From Mailhella sp. (lineage in GTDB: Bacteria > Desulfobacterota > Desulfovibrionia > Desulfovibrionales > Desulfovibrionaceae), in the NCBI GenBank assembly GCA_031552135.1, contig JAVBMS010000044.1, positions 3,425-67,424 on the forward strand: a stretch of DNA of 64,000 nucleotides, given 5' to 3'. Each line of letters opens with the position of its first letter. Positions within the stretch are counted from its first letter, which is position 1. A program made the translations under genes and the position numbers. The notes beneath the pieces were generated by a model. The model saw only the letters and a list, made by a program, of their open reading frames with translations. It was not told where the DNA came from and ran no database searches. Shown in pieces: positions 39,031-48,409 of this stretch.

Positions 39031-39950
39031 GCCGGATCCTTTGACGTGGGCGGCACGGGCAGTTCGGAGGGATCAACAATCAGGGCACGGGCATCGACGC
39101 GCGGATCGTGGGCCAGGATGCCCTGGGCGCTCAGCCAGTCATAACCGGCGCGGGCAAAATCGGCATGGGCGGCGTCGGCGCGGATGCCGGGGCAGTCCTC
39201 CTTTGCCATGGCAAAGCTTGCCGCATCCACCAAATTGCCCCGAAAAAACGGCCAGGCCCGGCAGACGTCCGGCCGGGCCTGGTGCACGGCGCAGCCGCAA
39301 TCCGGCGCGTAAAAAATGCAACAGCCGTCCTGTCCGCTGATCAGGGTGGGCTTGGCGTTGCGCATTTCCGCATAACGGGCGAGAAAATCGGCTTCTTCCA
39401 GGCCCAGCTGCGCGCAAAGCCGCGCCGTGTCGCCAGGGCTGAGCACAATGCCGCCCCGGCCGGAGCAGCAATGCCCGCACCGGCGGCAGGAGAAAAACGT
39501 TTCGATGTCCGGCCCGGGCTTCTTGCTGTTGGAGGCGAAAAGGCGCTGATGCTCGGTTTTCAGGCACAGGTCTTCCACGATGCGGATGCCGCTGCCCGCG
39601 AGGATGGCGCCCGCCTCCGGGCTGCGGATGCCTTCCTGCATCCAGAAAAGCAGGGGCGGGGAGGGCAGGGCCAGGGTTTCGCGCGCGTGGTCGGGGCAGT
39701 AGTCCGGGGCGCGGAACAGGCAGACGATGTCCGGCGCGATGCCGCGCGCGGGCAAATCGGCCAGCGAGGCGCTGGCGGGCAGGCCCCACACTTCCTTGCG
39801 CGCCGGGTGCACCGGGGCCAGCGCGTAGCCCGCTTCCAGCAGATAACGGCCGACGCGATCCACCGGCGAGCCGGGCTTGTCTTTGGCCCCCACGATGGCT
39901 ATGGTGCGTGTCCGCGACAGAAGATCGCGCAAGGTTTCGTCAAACAACAT
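39027..39950 (-). CDS. fusion of a CoA-binding domain and a YkgJ-type Cys-cluster domain
   Basis: N-terminal IAIVGAKDKPGSPVDRVGRYLLEAGYALAPVHP...DIVCLFR...FWMQEGI is CoA_binding_2-like. C-terminal FSCRRCGHCCSGRGG ... CIFYAPDCGCAVHQARPDVCRAWPFF is the YkgJ CxxCxxCC pattern. Track ORF trimmed to ATG 39950. Confidence 0.65.
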   Translation of the reverse strand: MLFDETLRDLLSRTRTIAIVGAKDKPGSPVDRVGRYLLEAGYALAPVHPARKEVWGLPASASLADLPARGIAPDIVCLFRAPDYCPDHARETLALPSPPLLFWMQEGIRSPEAGAILAGSGIRIVEDLCLKTEHQRLFASNSKKPGPDIETFFSCRRCGHCCSGRGGIVLSPGDTARLCAQLGLEEADFLARYAEMRNAKPTLISGQDGCCIFYAPDCGCAVHQARPDVCRAWPFFRGNLVDAASFAMAKEDCPGIRADAAHADFARAGYDWLSAQGILAHDPRVDARALIVDPSELPVPPTSKDPA

Positions 39951-40087
39951 GGAGCGGCTCGGGTTAAAAGTGAAAAACCGGGCGTAAAACGGGACAATAC
40001 ACGCTAACCCTCGATAATGCAATGCGATCGCGCGGTTGGCCGCTCCAAAGTGCGGGCTGGAAACGCGATGACAGGCAGGAATGCGAC

Positions 40088-41347
40088 ATGACGATGCAGG
40101 AACGTATGACACTGGACGAACTACGCCCGCGCTGGGCCAGGATCCGCAAGGCGCTGGGCTGGCTGGAAACGACGGACAAGGCGGAAACGCCTGAAACAGC
40201 GCACGCCTCCGGCCTGCTGATCTTTTCGCGGTTGAACATCTATTACGTCACCGGCACGTTGGGCGTGGGCGTGGCCTGGCTGCCGCGTGAAGGCGAGCCC
40301 GCGCTTCTGCTCCGCAAAGGTTTGGAGCGCGCGCAACTGGAAAGCCCGCTCGGCGCGATACTGCCGTTCCGCTCCTACGCGGACATTCCGCAACTGCTGG
40401 CAGAAGCGGGAAGCCCTCTCGGCACGGAGGTTGCGGCGGAAATGACCGGGCTCTCCTGGGCCATGGCCGACATGCTGCGCGGGCGCATCCCCGGCGTGCG
40501 CTTTACGCCGGGCGACGCGGCGCTCAAGTACGCCCGTTCCGTCAAAACGCCGTGGGAGCTTGTCAAGCTGCGCGAGGCCGGACGCCGCCACCGCCTGGCG
40601 CTGGAAGATCTGTTGCCCGCCCTGATCCGGCCCGGCATGACGGAAAACGAAATGGCCCGGCTGTGCATCCAGATCTATCTGGAGCACGGGCACGGCGGCC
40701 TGCTGCGTATGACCGCGCCGGGCGAAGAGGTTTTTTTCGGGCACATCGCGGCGGCGGACAGCGGCAATCATCCGCACTATTACAACGGCCCCATGGGGTT
40801 TCGGGGCATTCATCCGGCGCTGCCCTGCCTCGGTTCGGCAACGGTCTGGACGCCCGGCTCGCCGCTTACGGTGGATATGGCCTTTACTCTGGACGGCTAC
40901 GCCACGGATAAAACCCAGATGTATTTTGCGGGTTCGCCCCGCGATTTGCCGGACAATGCGCGCATCGCCTGGGAGGTTTGCGCGGAGGTGCAGCAACGGG
41001 CCGCCGCCGCGCTGAAGCCGGGCGCCATCCCGTCGCGCATCTGGCGCGACACGCTGGCCTTTGTGGAAACCACGCCGTTCGCCCCCGGCGCGCTTGGCGG
41101 TTTTATGGGGCTGGGCGCCAACGCCGTGCCGTTTTTGGGGCACGGCATCGGGCTGGCCATTGACGAGCAGCCGGTCATCGCCAAGGGGTTTGACGAACCG
41201 CTGGAAACCGGCATGACCATCGCCCTGGAGCCCAAGATGGGCATTGCGGGCTTTGGCATGGTGGGTCTGGAAAATACGTTTGAAATTACTGATGAGGGCG
41301 CAAAAAATCTTACCGGCGCGAAGCCGGAGATCCTGTTTTTGTCATAA
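40088..41347 (+). CDS. M24 family (Xaa-Pro) peptidase
   Basis: Creatinase-like N domain followed by a pita-bread C domain (VDMAFTLDGYATDKT, GHGIGLAIDEQP, IALEPK, GLENTFEIT). Trimmed to ATG 40088. Confidence 0.8.
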   Translation: MTMQERMTLDELRPRWARIRKALGWLETTDKAETPETAHASGLLIFSRLNIYYVTGTLGVGVAWLPREGEPALLLRKGLERAQLESPLGAILPFRSYADIPQLLAEAGSPLGTEVAAEMTGLSWAMADMLRGRIPGVRFTPGDAALKYARSVKTPWELVKLREAGRRHRLALEDLLPALIRPGMTENEMARLCIQIYLEHGHGGLLRMTAPGEEVFFGHIAAADSGNHPHYYNGPMGFRGIHPALPCLGSATVWTPGSPLTVDMAFTLDGYATDKTQMYFAGSPRDLPDNARIAWEVCAEVQQRAAAALKPGAIPSRIWRDTLAFVETTPFAPGALGGFMGLGANAVPFLGHGIGLAIDEQPVIAKGFDEPLETGMTIALEPKMGIAGFGMVGLENTFEITDEGAKNLTGAKPEILFLS

Positions 41348-41495
41348 AGGCGACGCGGCAAGGATGGCATGGGCGTTCGCAACCTCTTTTTTTGACGCCC
41401 CGCGCGCTTTTCCGGATTGACGCGAGTACTTTTTGGTGTAAGAGATGTTGCGTGTCGCGCGCATGCGGCAACGCACACTTTAAAGGAGCTTTGCC

Positions 41496-41981
41496 ATGGC
41501 TCATGACGATAAGCACAAGAATCTTCGCGATGATGATCTGCTGCAACTGGTGACGTTCAGCATCGGCAGCGAAGAGTTTGGCGTCGATATTTTGAAAGTC
41601 ATGGAAATCATCCGCACCATGGAAATCACCAAGGTGCCCAAAGCTCCCGCCTTTGTGGAAGGCGTGATCAATTTGCGCGGCCTTGTCATCCCCATCCTTG
41701 ATCTGCGCCGCCGTTTCGGCCTGGAAAACAAGGCCGTGGACATGGATACGCGTATCATCGTCATTGAGATCAACGGCATGACGGTCGGCTTTGTGGTGGA
41801 TTCCGTTTCCGAAGTGCTGCGCATCCCGGTCAACACCGTGGAGCCCGCGCCGCCCGTGGTGGCCGGCCTGGATTCCGATTACATCAGCGGCGTGGGCAAA
41901 TTGGAGGATCGCCTCCTGATTTTGCTTGACCTGGACAAGCTGCTTTCCGCCGACGATCTGGAACATTTGAGCGAAATGTGA
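41496..41981 (+). CDS. cheW: chemotaxis coupling protein CheW
   Basis: LVTFSIGSEEFGVDILKVMEIIR ... VINLRGLVIPILDLRRRFGL ... IIVIEINGMTVGFVVDSVSEVL. Confidence 0.9.
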   Translation: MAHDDKHKNLRDDDLLQLVTFSIGSEEFGVDILKVMEIIRTMEITKVPKAPAFVEGVINLRGLVIPILDLRRRFGLENKAVDMDTRIIVIEINGMTVGFVVDSVSEVLRIPVNTVEPAPPVVAGLDSDYISGVGKLEDRLLILLDLDKLLSADDLEHLSEM

Positions 41982-42016
41982 CCGGCCGGGGCTGACGCCT
42001 GAAATGACGGTTTTAC

Positions 42017-42045
42017 TTGACACGGTATGCGTAGAGGGATAAAAA
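42017..42045 (+). promoter_or_regulatory. sigma70-like promoter for rpsT
   Basis: TTGACA (42017..42022), a 17-nt spacer, then TAAAAA (42040..42045). It lies 60 nt upstream of the GTG start. Confidence 0.45.
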
Positions 42046-42104
42046 TCGACGTTTCGGCAGTAACGGCATAACGATTCTTGATTTGTATTTTTTGGAGGAT
42101 TCGC

Positions 42105-42368
42105 GTGGCTAACCATAAGTCCGCTGTCAAGCGCCATAAGCAAAGCGTCAAACGCAACGTCCGTAACCGTGCCGCCCGCACCCGCGTCAAAAACGTGGTG
42201 AAGAGCGTGCGCGTCGCCGTTCAGGCGAAAGACAAAGACCAGGCGCAGCAGGCCCTGCTTGCCGCTTCCTCCACTCTGGACAAGGTCGCCTCCAAGGGCG
42301 TCATCCATTGGAAGAAAGCCGCGCGCAAGGTTTCCCGCCTGGCCCGCGCGGTCAACGCGATGGAATAA
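42105..42368 (+). CDS. rpsT: 30S ribosomal protein S20
   Basis: (V)[32 protein letters not shown] start at 42105 with GGAGG 7 nt upstream. Confidence 0.92.
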   Translation: MANHKSAVKRHKQSVKRNVRNRAARTRVKNVVKSVRVAVQAKDKDQAQQALLAASSTLDKVASKGVIHWKKAARKVSRLARAVNAME

Positions 42369-42400
42369 TCCCGCCTGCGGGCGGCGTGTTTAAATCGTGT

Positions 42401-42444
42401 GCGGATCTCTCCCGTGTGGGAGAGATCCGCTCTTTTGTGTTTTG
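42401..42444 (+). terminator. rho-independent terminator of rpsT
   Basis: GCGGATCTCTCCC-GTGT-GGGAGAGATCCGC forms a 13-bp stem, followed by TCTTTTGTGTTTT. Confidence 0.7.
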
Positions 42445-42483
42445 CGCCGGTGCTGCCCGGCGGCGCTGCCATTGAACGGCCGC

Positions 42484-42513
42484 AAAAAAGCCCGCGCGGT
42501 TTCCCACGCGGGC
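42484..42513 (-). terminator. rho-independent terminator of glyQS
   Basis: On the minus strand, GCCCGCG-N10-CGCGGGC is followed by TTTTTT. It lies 25 nt after the glyS stop. Confidence 0.6.
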
Positions 42514-42537
42514 CTGCTGGCCGTTGTGGCGCAAACG

Positions 42538-44625
42538 CTACCACTGCAACGCGCTGAAGTCCGCCAGTTTGCCCATGCGCTCGAACAGCGCGCGGAGCAG
42601 GTTCAGGCGGTTGTTCCGCACGTCCGCATTGTCCGCCATAACCATAACGCCTTCAAAAAAAGCGTCCACCGCGGGGCGGATCGCGCCCAAAAGCGTCAGA
42701 ATATCGCCGTAGGCGTCCGCCTGCCACAGGGCGTCGAAGCGCGCGCCAAGCGAGTCGAGGGCTTCGGCCAGCGCCGTTTCCACGTCCGCCTCAAAGAGGT
42801 CGGCGCGCCATGCGCCGGTCAGCGGTTCGGTCTGCTTGCGCAGAATATTGGCGACGCGCTTGAAGGTTTGCGCGGCGGCGGCAAAATCCGGCTCGCGGCT
42901 TTGCGTTTCAAGCGCCTGCAAACGCCTGGCCGCGCCCCAGACATCGCGGTGCCCGGCGTTGAGGGCGGCTTCCACCAAGAGTGTGTCGTACTGGTTGGTG
43001 AAGTGGTTTTTGAGGCGCGCGGCAAAAAAATCGTCCAGTTTGCCAAGGGCCTCGTCCATGGGCAACTTCCAGGCGATGTCCACACGGTACAGCGACCAGG
43101 CTTTGCGAAAAAGCTCGTCCACGGGCAGGCGCCAGCCTTTTTCGAGCAGAATGCGCGCGATGCCGAGCGCCGCGCGGCGCAGGGCGTAGGGGTCGGCCGC
43201 GCCGGTGGGGATATGCCCAAGGCCGAAGCAGCCGGCCAGCGTGTCGGCCTTGTCGGCCAGGGACAACAGCGCGCCCGCGTCGGTGGCCGGCAGGGGGCTG
43301 TCGGGCCCGGCGGGCAGGTACTGATCGGCCAGGGCGTCGGCCACTACCCGATCCAGCCCCATGTGCCGGGCGTAGATGCCGCCCATGATGCCTTGCAGCG
43401 TGTCGAACTCGCCCACCATCTGCGAAACAAGATCCGCCTTGGCCAGACGGCCGGCTTGCGCCGCCAGGACGCTGCTTACCGAAGTTTTGCCGGCAATGCC
43501 CGGATGTTCGGCCAGCCAGGCGCACAGATCGGCCAGGCGGCGGCATTTGTCGCCCATGGAGCCGAGGGGGCCGAGGAAGATCACATGGTCAAGGCGTTCC
43601 TGCCAGGCGGGGAAGCCGGTTTTAAGATCCGTTTTCCAGTAGAAACGGGCGTCTTCCAGGCGGGCGCGCAGCACTTTTTCCCAGCCCTGTTTGACCACCG
43701 CCACATCTTCCGGCTCAAGGTTCAGGACGGTCAAAAAGTGCGGCAAGAGCGCGCCGTCGGGGCCTTCCACGCCAAAACTCTTCTGGTGGGTTTCCATGCT
43801 GGTCAGCAGCACCTCGCGCGGCAATTCCAGAAACGCGGGATCAAAGTCGCCCAGCATGGGCACGGGATGCTCCACAAGGCCCTGCACTTCGTCCAGCAGG
43901 CTTTCCTTCCAGAGAATGCGACCGCTCCCGGCCGCCTGACTGCCCTGGGCGAGAATATGCGCGCGGCGCGCGGAAGCGGCGGGTTCCACGCGGCATTTTT
44001 CCCTCAGGGTTTTATCCAGCGCGTCGGCATGGGGCACGCCGAAGGGGCCGGGGCCGTGGACGCGATGTCCCCAGGTCTGGCGGCCGGATTCCGCCGTGCC
44101 CACGCAAAACGGCACGATGTCGCCGTCCAGCAGGGCCAGAATCCAGCGGATGGGGCGGGCGAACGCAAAATCGCCGTCACCCCAGCGCATCCGCTTGGGA
44201 AAGGGCAGCGCGGCGATCAGGGCGGGCGCAAGTTCCTGCAGCACGTCCATGGCGCTTTTGCCGCCCACGGTGCGCCGGGCGGCGAGATAAACGCCTTTTT
44301 CCGTTTCCTGGCGGAACAAGTCCGCCACATCCACGCCCTGGCTTTTGGCAAAGCCAAGCGCCGCTTTGGTCGGCTGGCCCTGATCGTCAAAGGCCGCCTT
44401 GGCCGAAGGGCCAAGCGCGGTTTCCTCCCGCACGGGCTGGGCGGCGGCGAGGCCGTGCGCGTGCAGCACGGCGCGGCGCGGCGTCATGGCGAGTTCCAGC
44501 GAGGTAAAGGCCAAATCGGCCTCGTTCAGGGCCTGCGTAAAACGCTCGGTCAGTTCTTTTTCCAACGGAGCCTGAAAGCGGGCGGGCAATTCCTCCGTGC
44601 CGATCTCCAGAACAAAATGGCTCAT
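42538..44625 (-). CDS. glyS: glycine--tRNA ligase beta subunit
   Basis: MSHFVLEIGTEELPARF N-terminus, 695 aa, directly downstream of glyQ. Confidence 0.92.
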   Translation of the reverse strand: MSHFVLEIGTEELPARFQAPLEKELTERFTQALNEADLAFTSLELAMTPRRAVLHAHGLAAAQPVREETALGPSAKAAFDDQGQPTKAALGFAKSQGVDVADLFRQETEKGVYLAARRTVGGKSAMDVLQELAPALIAALPFPKRMRWGDGDFAFARPIRWILALLDGDIVPFCVGTAESGRQTWGHRVHGPGPFGVPHADALDKTLREKCRVEPAASARRAHILAQGSQAAGSGRILWKESLLDEVQGLVEHPVPMLGDFDPAFLELPREVLLTSMETHQKSFGVEGPDGALLPHFLTVLNLEPEDVAVVKQGWEKVLRARLEDARFYWKTDLKTGFPAWQERLDHVIFLGPLGSMGDKCRRLADLCAWLAEHPGIAGKTSVSSVLAAQAGRLAKADLVSQMVGEFDTLQGIMGGIYARHMGLDRVVADALADQYLPAGPDSPLPATDAGALLSLADKADTLAGCFGLGHIPTGAADPYALRRAALGIARILLEKGWRLPVDELFRKAWSLYRVDIAWKLPMDEALGKLDDFFAARLKNHFTNQYDTLLVEAALNAGHRDVWGAARRLQALETQSREPDFAAAAQTFKRVANILRKQTEPLTGAWRADLFEADVETALAEALDSLGARFDALWQADAYGDILTLLGAIRPAVDAFFEGVMVMADNADVRNNRLNLLRALFERMGKLADFSALQW

Positions 44626-44627
44626 GG

Positions 44628-45503
44628 CTACCCCCTGGCCTTCAGCATGGGATACCCCATGGATTCACGCTGAGCGGCGTACAGCCGCGCCACGCCCGAG
44701 GCCAGCGCCCGGACTTTGCCGATAAAGGCGGCGCGTTCCGTAATGGATATGGCGCCGCGCGCATCCAGCATGTTGAACGTGTGCGAACATTTGAGGCAAT
44801 AGTCGTAGGCCGGCAGCGGCAGTTCCAGGGCCATCAGGCGGCGGCATTCGGCCTCAAAGTCGTCAAAGTGGCGCAGCAGCATGGCGGCGTCGCTTTCTTC
44901 AAAGTTGTAGCGCGACTGCTCCACCTCGTTCTGGTGGTAAACGTCGCCGTAGGAGACATGGGCGTTCCAGGCAAGGTCGTACACGGAATTCACACCTTGC
45001 AGGTACATGGTGAGGCGCTCCAGCCCGTAGGTGATTTCCACGCTGATCGGCGCAAGGTCGATGCCGCCCACCTGCTGAAAATAGGTGAACTGGGTCACCT
45101 CCATGCCGTTCAGCCACACTTCCCAGCCAAGGCCCCAGGCGCCCAGCGTGGGCGACTCCCAGTCGTCCTCCACAAAGCGGATGTCGTGCTTGGCGGGATC
45201 GATGCCGAGCAGGCGCAGGCTGCCGAGATAAAGATCCTGAATATTGTCCGGCGAGGGCTTGAGGATGACCTGGAACTGGAAGTAATGCTGGAGCCGGTTG
45301 GGGTTGTCGCCGTAGCGGCCGTCGGTGGGGCGGCGCGAAGGTTCGACATAGGCCGCCTGCCAGGGCTCGGGGCCGATCACCCGCAAAAACGTCGAAGGAT
45401 TGAACGTGCCTGCGCCGCATTCCAGATCGATGGGCTGCACGATGGCGCAACCCTGGCGTGCCCAGTAGTCTTGCAAAGTCAGTATGACATTCTGAAAATA
45501 CAC
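44628..45503 (-). CDS. glyQ: glycine--tRNA ligase alpha subunit
   Basis: (V)[35 protein letters not shown]...[30 protein letters not shown] start at 45503 with GGAG upstream. Track ORF trimmed. Confidence 0.95.
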   Translation of the reverse strand: MYFQNVILTLQDYWARQGCAIVQPIDLECGAGTFNPSTFLRVIGPEPWQAAYVEPSRRPTDGRYGDNPNRLQHYFQFQVILKPSPDNIQDLYLGSLRLLGIDPAKHDIRFVEDDWESPTLGAWGLGWEVWLNGMEVTQFTYFQQVGGIDLAPISVEITYGLERLTMYLQGVNSVYDLAWNAHVSYGDVYHQNEVEQSRYNFEESDAAMLLRHFDDFEAECRRLMALELPLPAYDYCLKCSHTFNMLDARGAISITERAAFIGKVRALASGVARLYAAQRESMGYPMLKARG

Positions 45504-45522
45504 GGGATGCTCCTGCTGGCGG

Positions 45523-46272
45523 CTAACGTATTCTGGCAAAACGGCCGTTTGCCCATTCCAGGCCGAGATGGCGGCGGATAAAAGCGTCGATGAAGCGGGC
45601 GGCCTGCCGGGTATGCTCGGGGTCCAAGCGGCAGCCCGTCCAAGCATCAGGTGAGTATTCCTGTACTTTGGCGAGGACGTCAAGCGTTTCCGGGTGCAGA
45701 CGGATGGTTTCGCCGGGCGGCGCGGAACATTCCGGGCAAAACGCCAGACCCTCGCTGACCGCGAACAGGGATTCCGGCACGTCGCGCAGCGGGCGGCCGC
45801 AACGGCCGCAATGCGTGAAATCGGGGGCGTAGCCCTGCTCGGACGCCAGACGGAAACGAAAAAAAAGCGGCAGGATGGGCGGCGGGGCGTCCTCGCATTC
45901 CAGAACGCCCAGTACGCCGCGCGTCAGCTGGAAACAGGTTTTGGCCTGATCCGGCGGAACGCCCAGCGCCTCGATAAAGCGAATGCAGTTGGCGGCCATG
46001 CCCTGACGCCGCCAGTCCCGCCGGAGGCGCACGGGCCCTTCCAGCAACGTGGCTTCGCTCATGTTTAAAAACGCGCCGTTACGCGAGGTTCCGGCGCGCA
46101 CCAAAATCAGGTTGAACGCATCCAGGCAGCCGGTGAAACGCCGGCGGCTGCGCGCGCCGCCAAAGGCGAAGGCCGTCACCATGCCTTGCTGCGAGGCCAG
46201 GAGGCGAACCCAGAGATCCGTTTCGCGGAATTTGCCCACATGCAGCACCAGGGCGGTGTCTGTCCATTCCAT
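45523..46272 (-). CDS. recO: DNA repair protein RecO
   Basis: [25 protein letters not shown] (OB fold) and a C-terminal CGRCGRP...CPEC zinc motif. Track ORF trimmed to ATG 46272. Confidence 0.85.
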   Translation of the reverse strand: MEWTDTALVLHVGKFRETDLWVRLLASQQGMVTAFAFGGARSRRRFTGCLDAFNLILVRAGTSRNGAFLNMSEATLLEGPVRLRRDWRRQGMAANCIRFIEALGVPPDQAKTCFQLTRGVLGVLECEDAPPPILPLFFRFRLASEQGYAPDFTHCGRCGRPLRDVPESLFAVSEGLAFCPECSAPPGETIRLHPETLDVLAKVQEYSPDAWTGCRLDPEHTRQAARFIDAFIRRHLGLEWANGRFARIR

Positions 46273-46291
46273 GACGGCCGGGCGGCGGATA

Positions 46292-47314
46292 TCAGCGCTG
46301 CGGGGGGAACGTGATCGTCTTGACCTGTCCGGGCGTGCCGGCGGGCGGCATGTCTTCCCCGTTGTACTTGATGCGCACGCCTCCGGCATTGCCCAGCTTG
46401 AGCAGCAGGGTTTTGCGGAAGGGCATGGCGAACGTTTCCCCGCTCTTGAGCGTGAATTCGCGCATTTCCGTGCCGTCGGCGTTGGCGTGCACCCAGCAGT
46501 CGGCTTCGGCGGTCAGCACAATTTGCTGCATGCCGGGCGGCGGCGCCACATGGCTCTGGCCCGGCGAGCTTGAAGCGGAGGACGCGGAAGGCGTGGTTTC
46601 CGGCGTTTCAGCCAGGGGCGCAAAACCACGGGTGGTGACGGGGTCGGCCTCGGAGGTCGGAGCGGCGCTCAAGGGCGGCGGCGTTTCCGCAAGCGGTTGC
46701 TGGACAGCCGCGCCAGGAACGGGAGCCGGAGATCCCGCCGTCGATGGTTCCGCCCGCGACGGTTCCGACACCGGCGGTTCCGCCAGCGGCGGCTCGGCCG
46801 CCGGAGGCGTGGCAGGGGAGAGCGAAGGGGTAGCGGGGGCCGAGAGAGGCGGGGTCTGCTGCCCGGGTATGGACGGGCTTGCCGGCGCGGCGGCGGTTTC
46901 TTCCGGCCCGTGCTCCGTGAGTTGCGTGGCAAAATAATAGTACGCGCCGCCGCCCAGGACGCCCATCACCAGGAGGGCAATCACAAAACGGGACAAGCGC
47001 GACCGGGAGGACGGCGCCCGCGCCGGGGTCATGGGATGAATTTCCACGGTTTTGGGCGGCGAAAAATCTTCGTCAAAACCTTCCAGCGCGTCCAGCAATT
47101 CCGTGATCTTGTCGTTGGGATAACCAAGGATGGCCCCATATCCTTTGATAAAACCGCGTGTGTACACGGTATGGGGCAAATCCTTCATATTGCCGTCTTC
47201 AATGGCGCGCAGAATCCGGGAAGGGATTTTGAGACGCGCCGCAACATCCTCCACCGAAAGGTCGAGGGTGAGGCGTTCGTCCCGAAACTGCGAACCCAAC
47301 TCTGCCAGGGTCAT
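46292..47314 (-). CDS. rodZ: RodZ-like cytoskeleton protein (HTH, TM helix, Pro-rich linker, DUF4115-like C-terminus)
   Basis: HTH (LTLDLSVEDVAARLKIPSRILRAIEDG), one transmembrane helix (FVIALLVMGVLGGGAYYYF), a Pro/Ala/Ser linker, and a C-terminal LKLGNAGGVRIKYNG beta domain. Confidence 0.7.
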   Translation of the reverse strand: MTLAELGSQFRDERLTLDLSVEDVAARLKIPSRILRAIEDGNMKDLPHTVYTRGFIKGYGAILGYPNDKITELLDALEGFDEDFSPPKTVEIHPMTPARAPSSRSRLSRFVIALLVMGVLGGGAYYYFATQLTEHGPEETAAAPASPSIPGQQTPPLSAPATPSLSPATPPAAEPPLAEPPVSEPSRAEPSTAGSPAPVPGAAVQQPLAETPPPLSAAPTSEADPVTTRGFAPLAETPETTPSASSASSSPGQSHVAPPPGMQQIVLTAEADCWVHANADGTEMREFTLKSGETFAMPFRKTLLLKLGNAGGVRIKYNGEDMPPAGTPGQVKTITFPPQR

Positions 47315-47355
47315 GCGCATTCCTTGTCGTTGTGCCGGCGGCGTGCGCCGCCGGA

Positions 47356-48288
47356 TCAGTACCGGATATCCACCAGCGCTTTGGCGCGCACTTGTTCCGT
47401 ATATTCTTTAAAGCGGGCTTCCAGCCTCGGCCGGCGGAGGATGTCCTCTATACGGGCGGCCTCGGCGGGGGAGGGAGTTCCGGCTTCGGCCACCGCGCTC
47501 TGGGCGGAGGTGGATTCCAGAAGGCGCACCTGCGCCTTGTTGAATTCGATATTGAACAGATCGGATGTCTGGCCGGGCTTCAGGGTTTCGGCGGCTTCCC
47601 GCAGATTCGGGGCCAGATCGTCAAGCTCCATGAAGCCAAGATCGCCGCCTTCCTGCGGGTTGGGCCCGACGGAAACCTTGCGCGCCACATCGGCGAAGTT
47701 CGACTGGCCCTTGGCGATGGCGGCTGCCCACTGCTCGGCGTTTTCCGTGGCCGGGTAGATGATCAGCGCCAGGCGCATCTGGCCCGACACAGGCAAGGAG
47801 CCGGCATGACCGCGATAATATTCGTTAATTTCATCCTGCGTGACCACCACTTTGCTGATCACCATACGGTTGATCAACTGCTGGGTGACCAGGTTGGAGC
47901 GCAGCATTTCGACGCCAAGGCCCTGCTGCGACAACTGGCGCATGAATTCATCGCGGGAAAGCTGGCTTTCGGCGATGGCGCGTTCAAGTTCCGCTTCCAC
48001 CATGGCGTCGGAAATGTCGATTTTCAGGCGCTTGGCTTCCTGCATCAGGATTTTTTCGGTGATCAGGCTTTCCAGGGCCGTATGCCGGATGGCGGCGGCA
48101 CGGGGGGGATCCGCGGGATTTTGCGGGTCAAGGCCCTGGCGGAGGAGCTCGGGCGTGGCCCGGCGATCCACGTCGCGCATGGAAATCATTTCGCCGTTGA
48201 CAACGGCCGCAACGCCGGTCAGCGGAGCCGACCAGGCGGGCAGGGCGCTCATGAGCACAAAAGCCAAAGAAAGTATCAAAGTACGCAA
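47356..48288 (-). CDS. SurA-like periplasmic chaperone / parvulin-type peptidyl-prolyl isomerase
   Basis: Signal peptide (LILSLAFVLMSALPAWSA), a SurA N-domain-like helical part, and a parvulin segment (GGDLGFMELDDLAPNL). TTG start at 48288 with AGGAG 7 nt upstream. Confidence 0.7.
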   Translation of the reverse strand: MRTLILSLAFVLMSALPAWSAPLTGVAAVVNGEMISMRDVDRRATPELLRQGLDPQNPADPPRAAAIRHTALESLITEKILMQEAKRLKIDISDAMVEAELERAIAESQLSRDEFMRQLSQQGLGVEMLRSNLVTQQLINRMVISKVVVTQDEINEYYRGHAGSLPVSGQMRLALIIYPATENAEQWAAAIAKGQSNFADVARKVSVGPNPQEGGDLGFMELDDLAPNLREAAETLKPGQTSDLFNIEFNKAQVRLLESTSAQSAVAEAGTPSPAEAARIEDILRRPRLEARFKEYTEQVRAKALVDIRY

Positions 48289-48320
48289 GGTTGATCTCCT
48301 GCAAAAAAAAATACGCGATG

Positions 48321-48349
48321 ATTCTACCGTTTTTTCGCGTGTCTGGCAA
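48321..48349 (-). promoter_or_regulatory. sigma70-like promoter for the surA-like/rodZ/recO/glyQS gene string
   Basis: On the minus strand, TTGCCA (48349..48344), a 17-nt spacer, then TAGAAT (48326..48321). It lies ~33 nt upstream of the TTG start at 48288. Confidence 0.45.
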
Positions 48350-48409
48350 ATGCGGCGGAAGCGCCAAGTCCGTAAGTCCGGGAAGTAAAATTCGGAAAGT
48401 TCAGAAGGT

